A DNA stretch of 64,000 bases, taken from contig OZ024742.1 in NCBI GenBank assembly GCA_964016885.1, forward strand, positions 3,534,001 through 3,598,000, in the 5' to 3' direction. Shown in pieces: positions 58,128-64,000 of the stretch. Both the position numbers and the translations under genes were made by a program. The stretch is from Eledone cirrhosa (lineage: Eukaryota). Each line of letters opens with the position of its first letter. Position 1 is the first letter of the stretch. The notes below the pieces were generated by a model. That model made no database searches, was not told the DNA's origin, and saw only the letters and a program-made list of their open reading frames with translations.

Positions 58128-60322
58128 CTTGAAGACACTGGTGTACTGAGTCTTCGGAACGCCGTTTTCCTCCACCAAATCAAGAGGTGAAGGGTCATCT
58201 AACCCGAGAAAGAAGTCGCGAAGTGGAATGACTGGTGTAGCGCGGGATAAAGGACGGTTTCTGTTGCAAATATATGCCATCCTGTCAGCGATACCTAGTT
58301 CATCTGGTGTTGACCAAATGGATGTTGTAGAATTTGCCCATCGCCATTTTTCCATGTTTTTCATTCTTAATTTTGTCCTGGTGATAATTTAAACGTATTT
58401 TGAAAATTCAATTTAATAGTATTTTACCTAAAATAACTAACGAAGCAATTGCATGTAAATTTAATATATAAGCCACGCTGTTTATAAGCCATACAAATAC
58501 ATATGTTGTATATCTCATTAAGAATATGTCTTTGTTTTTTATTCATAAACTTCTATAATTAGGAGATTATATTAATATCTTCATTATTTTTCCTACTTAA
58601 ATTTCTCCTCCGGATATGGAAAACTCAAAATTGGAATCTTTATTTCGGTAAACGTCTCATATTAAAACATCATATCTCTAGAAACTTAAAATATCTTAAT
58701 AAGCATTCTATTGAATATCTTTAAAAGAGCCAGAAGCTACCGTACGAAAGTTTTTGTTGAAATGATTTACTTCCTAGATCTAGGTTCAAAAGATGTCGTA
58801 GTCATCCCACTTTTGATATGTTCTAGGTTCAATAATGTGTATAACATTCAAGTAATGGATATAAATCACTCGATTATATCACTCCTTTTGAAATGTGTAG
58901 TTTATTGTTAACGATTGAGACATGGTTGTAGTGTTGGCGGTGATACTGGTCCCCCCGCTGCCATGACTATCAACGTTATTTTTCAAAACTGAAGAAATTA
59001 TTTAAATTCAGATTTGAAAGCAAAGACAACGGGGAGAATTTCCAGCAAGATCTTGTCAACAAAATCTCAATATGGTTTAAATAGACAACTGGTCTCCGAT
59101 ATATGAATGGCTAAACGTCAGAAGGGCTCCCAATAATCATGACCTGGATGCGGCCGGGCCCTACTAGCGTGTAAGAGGTTAAGGGTCGAAACACTTGCTT
59201 GGGGAGGGTTTCTTCTCTGAAGAACGTCTGCAGTCCAACACTCTCGAAAGTTCCTTACCACTTAGTACTGCTAGTAACTAATACACTAACCAGTCAATGA
59301 GAAGTGTTTAAGTGACAAAGTGAATTTAAATTCAAAGATGGGGACAAGATATAGGACAGGAGATCACATTAAATGGACCCTATAGAGAGTCAGCTGATTG
59401 TTTTAAGCGGAAAGAATATCCAAAATGTACAATATGCAGCAACAAATGCGCTTTCATTAAAATATAATAAATTTTGGTCTTAAAAGGTTAAAAGAATATA
59501 ATTGCATATCTAGATATATTCTCATTATACACATGAGATTAATTTTATTCTTATTGGAATAGTCATCATCATCATCCCTGTCATGATCCCCAATCTGAAA
59601 AAGTTCTATATTTCAATAATATGGTGCTTGAAATCTCGGAAGTTTCACAATTGTTCCTTGATTAATTTATTGCTACCAAAAGGAAGGCTAGCGCCAACAA
59701 GACGCTGTTAAAAGGGAAAATAATGTCCTGAAAGGTTTACATGTATTAGTTTTAGTGTTTAAATAGCAGGAGAGGTCTACGGATAATGCTTATTGGAATG
59801 TTCTCTACTATCTTTAGTCGATATCTTTGTTCAATAAGAGAATGGAAGAAAGCTGCTGACTAGAAAGAAATCAACATTTATATCTAAGTCAGCATTGATG
59901 TAGGGTTATAGACACATGGCCTTGTGCATGTATATATATTTATATATAGATGTGTGTACGTGTTAGTATATATATGTATGTATATGAAAACTGCAGCAAC
60001 CAACCACACACAAACAGAAGCAATAATGCGCACCCGCGAAATGCACCCCATCTGCAAACAAATAACACCCACGACAAACCTGGACTCTCTAAGATGCCAC
60101 CCCATACACACATCCGGATGCCAGACCACTCCCTCACTAACCCCAGACTTCTTTAAAAAAATTTCCAAACTCCGATATTCCGACCGTGTCTCACTCTCTC
60201 TCTCTGAACGCTCCTTTTCCTGAAGTAGGACATATCCAAAACGCCGAACTTTCCTCTACATCCTATTGAGCGTAATACAGATAAGACTGTCTTTTTGCAT
60301 CTCTGAATTTGCCATTTCTTAA

Positions 60323-60375
<53 letters not shown>

Positions 60376-60378
60376 CAG

Positions 60379-60429
60379 AGCTTCTACAGGACTAGAACTG
60401 TTTCATTCGTGAGAAATCATCAGGAAGCT
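60379..60429 (-). ncRNA. Type I hammerhead motif (family of 44258) with covarying stem I
   Basis: AGCTTC CTGATGA TTTCTCACGAAT GAAA CAGTTCTAGTCCTG TA GAAGCT. Confidence 0.8.
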
Positions 60430-60872
60430 GGCTGTCCAAGTAAAATGGTAGTATTTATATCTTTCATTATCTGGTGGTAGGAGAGGGTGGGGATTGGGAT
60501 GGGTGTAGGTCATTGTTTGAAGGAATTAAAGAAAAGGGAGGTCATTAAAAGCTAATTCTTTAAAGCTATATATATAAAGAAAATAAGAGAAAAAGTAGTA
60601 AATTCTAATGAGATTTTCTCATAGAATTACAGCAAAACACTTCTTTAAAAGTAATTTATCGTACCGGCTTCAGCCGATAATTGTTTCAGCTTCTTCATGC
60701 TACAGGAAATATGATAAAAAGTATATAATAAAATTGAGGTGTATATTAATTAGACGAGGGCATTAGACAAAATAGTTTACATATAATTAAAAAAGTTCAT
60801 ATTTTCGTTTATCTCTTTCTATCTCTCTCTCTCTCTGTCTCTCTCTCTCTTTCTCCCCCTATCTCTCTCTCA

Positions 60873-60931
<59 letters not shown>

Positions 60932-60994
60932 TCCTTGGTGAAATAGAAGTTGGCTTGTTCCCTGTTATTGTCTGACTGGCTGGTGACTACAATT

Positions 60995-61020
60995 GCAGCA
61001 GCAGTAGCAGCAGCAGCACC

Positions 61021-61066
<46 letters not shown>

Positions 61067-61135
61067 ATAGTAGAAGAAGAAGAAGAAGAAGAAGAAGAAG
61101 AAGAAGAAGAAGAAGAAGAAGAAGAAGAAGAAGAA
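60995..61135. repeat. (GCA)n-(GTA)n-(GAA)n compound trinucleotide microsatellite
   Basis: Direct reading. Confidence 0.95.
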
Positions 61136-61323
61136 AGAGTCTGAGAGCGACGGCTGAGTTCTTGTCGTTTCAACAGCTAATTTCAGAGTCTGGAACTAGC
61201 TGTTGAAACGGCAAGAGCTCAGCTGTCGGTCCCAGACTCTTTCTAATATAATCACACTATTACTCCAAGTACTGAGTACTCTGATGAATAATGGCCTACC
61301 TAGTTTAAAACTGGTTTAAACAT

Positions 61324-61485
<162 letters not shown>

Positions 61486-61628
61486 GGTATCTACTGTAAG
61501 ATCAATAACTGAGTATAGATACAATGTATGATCACCATCTAGAAACGATCGTAAAGCAGTGAAGTATATCTCTAATGACTTGATTTTTTATTTCATTGTT
61601 TTCACTTATATATATATATATATATACA

Positions 61629-61671
<43 letters not shown>

Positions 61672-61682
61672 CATGTGTGTGT

Positions 61683-61755
<73 letters not shown>

Positions 61756-61813
61756 ATGTGTGTGTATGTATATATATACATATACGTGTGGGTGTGTGTG
61801 TATTGTATATATA

Positions 61814-61907
<94 letters not shown>

Positions 61908-62811
61908 GCCCATGCAACTGCCATCGGAAATGAGAATTATAAAGTTTGAAATACTTTTTACAGGAAGAGGACAGAAGAAATTTCGATTTCAATTTATTTC
62001 TCTTTCCTATTAAAACTGTTTTCGTTAAGATTGTCTCATTAGTGGAGACAATGGACAAGAACTTGAAATTATCACATTGAAGCACACGTTACTATATTAC
62101 TATTCTGATAGTAAGGGTAGTATGCCACGTCGATTTGATTGGCAGCAGGCCATTGTAGTTGATTAATTGCGTCATCTGTGTTGGAAAAGTCATTTAGAAG
62201 ACATTGACACGAATAAAGGAACAAAGTGGTAATATACTATACATAACTCACTACAGACGTTCGTGAGCGCTAACAACGTCTACAAATGAGGCTCTCTATG
62301 AAAATACTACTGAATTATAACTAATAACTTAAATTGGGTTGTAATGATCCAGGTTCCAATTGTTACGGTTTAATCCCTACCGAATCCACTTTACGATCTT
62401 GGGATAAGAAATCTTTGTGCCTCCATACCACATCTACCAGGACAGGTCGCAGACCCATCGCCAGATTTTACAGCTTGAAATGGAGACTGGAATATATTAT
62501 TCGAACAGGCGCTTTTACCTAAAGCATATATTTAACAAAAGAGAAAAAGATTTAAAATTGTGCAGACAAGAATAATTCATGACGAATATTATTATATGAA
62601 TGAGCGTGGAAACGTAAACTGCTTCAAATAATATTTCTCTCTTAATCCTTATTTCCGTTTACAGCAAAAGATGTCTTGAATATAACTCCACCATTTTCCG
62701 TAGTTCTTTGTCATTCCATTTAGTTCTTACCATAATGGAAATTGTGGCCAGTATATGGTCTGGTCTCTCCATATACCACTGACATTACCTCGGTTTTTCT
62801 TTCCAGTTGTC

Positions 62812-62879
<68 letters not shown>

Positions 62880-63239
62880 CAGAGAAATCACCAATTGAGC
62901 GTCTGATTTGCCCCAAAGTTTACGAAAGTGGTAATTTGTTTTATTAAAAATTGTCTGTTGTGTCATTTCTCGTAGATGTAATATATTAACTCCTCTGTCA
63001 GTTTGGTGTTTACCAGTAATACATCTTATAGCAGAATTTTGAAATACGCTGGATAATTTGGGACATGTGAGGTAAAGAATGTTATGGTATGGTTCAATAA
63101 CTCCTGAGGGAGCTGCAGAGGCACCGTATTGACATACAGTGTTTCATAAACATTAAAAGTCTGGCCTAAGTACAGTAGATTTCTTCAAGAGAAGGATAGA
63201 AATTGAGATAGGAAGTGAGAAATATAAATAGACGAAGAA

Positions 63240-63388
63240 TCGAACCCAGTACTGGTCTGGTACCTTTCTATTGACCTCGAAAGCATGAAAGGTAAAGTTG
63301 ATGTCAGCGGGATTAGAGAGCAAAGAGCCAGAACGAATACTCAAAATATTCTAATCAATGTCTTAACGATTCTATCAATTCGCCACCT
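63240..63388 (-). mobile_element. Meta-like SINE, degenerate
   Basis: cccagtactggtctggtacc..gacctcgaaagcatgaaaggtaaagttga..aattcgccacct. Confidence 0.65.
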
Positions 63389-63494
63389 TGACGTTGAGAA
63401 TGGTTTGCGTTAAATTGGTAACGAATACAATTATTCCACGAAAGATTCCCCTGCAAAAATAACGAATTTAATATAAAATATGCAAAATGTTGCT

Positions 63495-63881
63495 TGGGTT
63501 CATACGCGCAGGTTCCATGTTAAGATGTCTTACAGTATTACTTGGGCCCACTCACACAGGACACGTGTTAAGATGTCTTACAGTATTACTTGGGCCCACT
63601 CAAACAGGACACGTGTTAAGATGTCTTACAGTATTACTTGGGCCCACTCACACAGGTTCCATGTTAAGATGTCTTACAGTATTACTTGGGCCCACTTACA
63701 CAGGACACGTGTTAAGATGTCTTACAGTATTACTTGGGCCCACTCACACAGGACACGTGTTAAGATGTCTTACAGTATTACTTGGGCCCACTCACACAGG
63801 ACATGTGTTAAGATGTCTTACAGTATTACTTGGGCCCACTTACACAAGTTCCATGTTAAGATGTCTTACAGTATTACTTGG
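63495..63881. repeat. Minisatellite, 48-bp unit, ~8 copies
   Basis: gttaagatgtcttacagtattacttgggcccactcacacaggacacgt repeated. Confidence 0.95.
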
Positions 63882-64000
63882 CTAGCTTTTATATTCATTT
63901 GGCTTCATGTTAGAGGTATTGTTTTTCGTGTAAGCATTTATGTGGATCAATAATTTGGTGATTATTAAATAGTTTCACTCTTTTCTGTTGTTATCTATCA

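Noticed and set aside
60215-60255. Additional hammerhead-like remnants (also near 21740-21822, 40403 and 56690)
   Set aside because: Cores are too degenerate or incomplete to support individual calls.

Overview
AT-rich eukaryotic, essentially gene-free, repeat-dominated DNA. The SINE types, Penelope-like element (PLE) load and long (AT)n/(CA)n/(GA)n tracts suggest an octopus/cephalopod genome (inference). Positions 1-10483 hold a head-to-tail array of three Tx1/L1-clade LINEs, each ending in AATAAA plus (ATT)n. The third is full length (ORF1 + ORF2, one 1-bp frameshift) and has a 53-nt GT-AG intron-like spacer that would fuse ORF1 to ORF2 in frame. It lies tail-to-tail with a Dong/R4-like RLE retrotransposon. 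The remainder holds at least six PLE copies (Naiad-like and Neptune/Poseidon-like; three have 0.7-0.85 kb inverted arms), tRNA-derived SINEs, RTE and Dong fragments, minisatellites and microsatellites. Read by eye, the non-coding part carries about 25 type I hammerhead ribozyme motifs (intact or degenerate) from about a dozen sequence families. They include compensatory U3-A8 core variants, stem II insertions of about 60-260 nt (one holding an (AT)n tract), divergent hammerhead pairs in fold-back elements, and a ~640-700 nt tandem retrozyme-like unit. No host gene is confidently identified. Boundaries are approximate and ribozyme folds were assigned manually.
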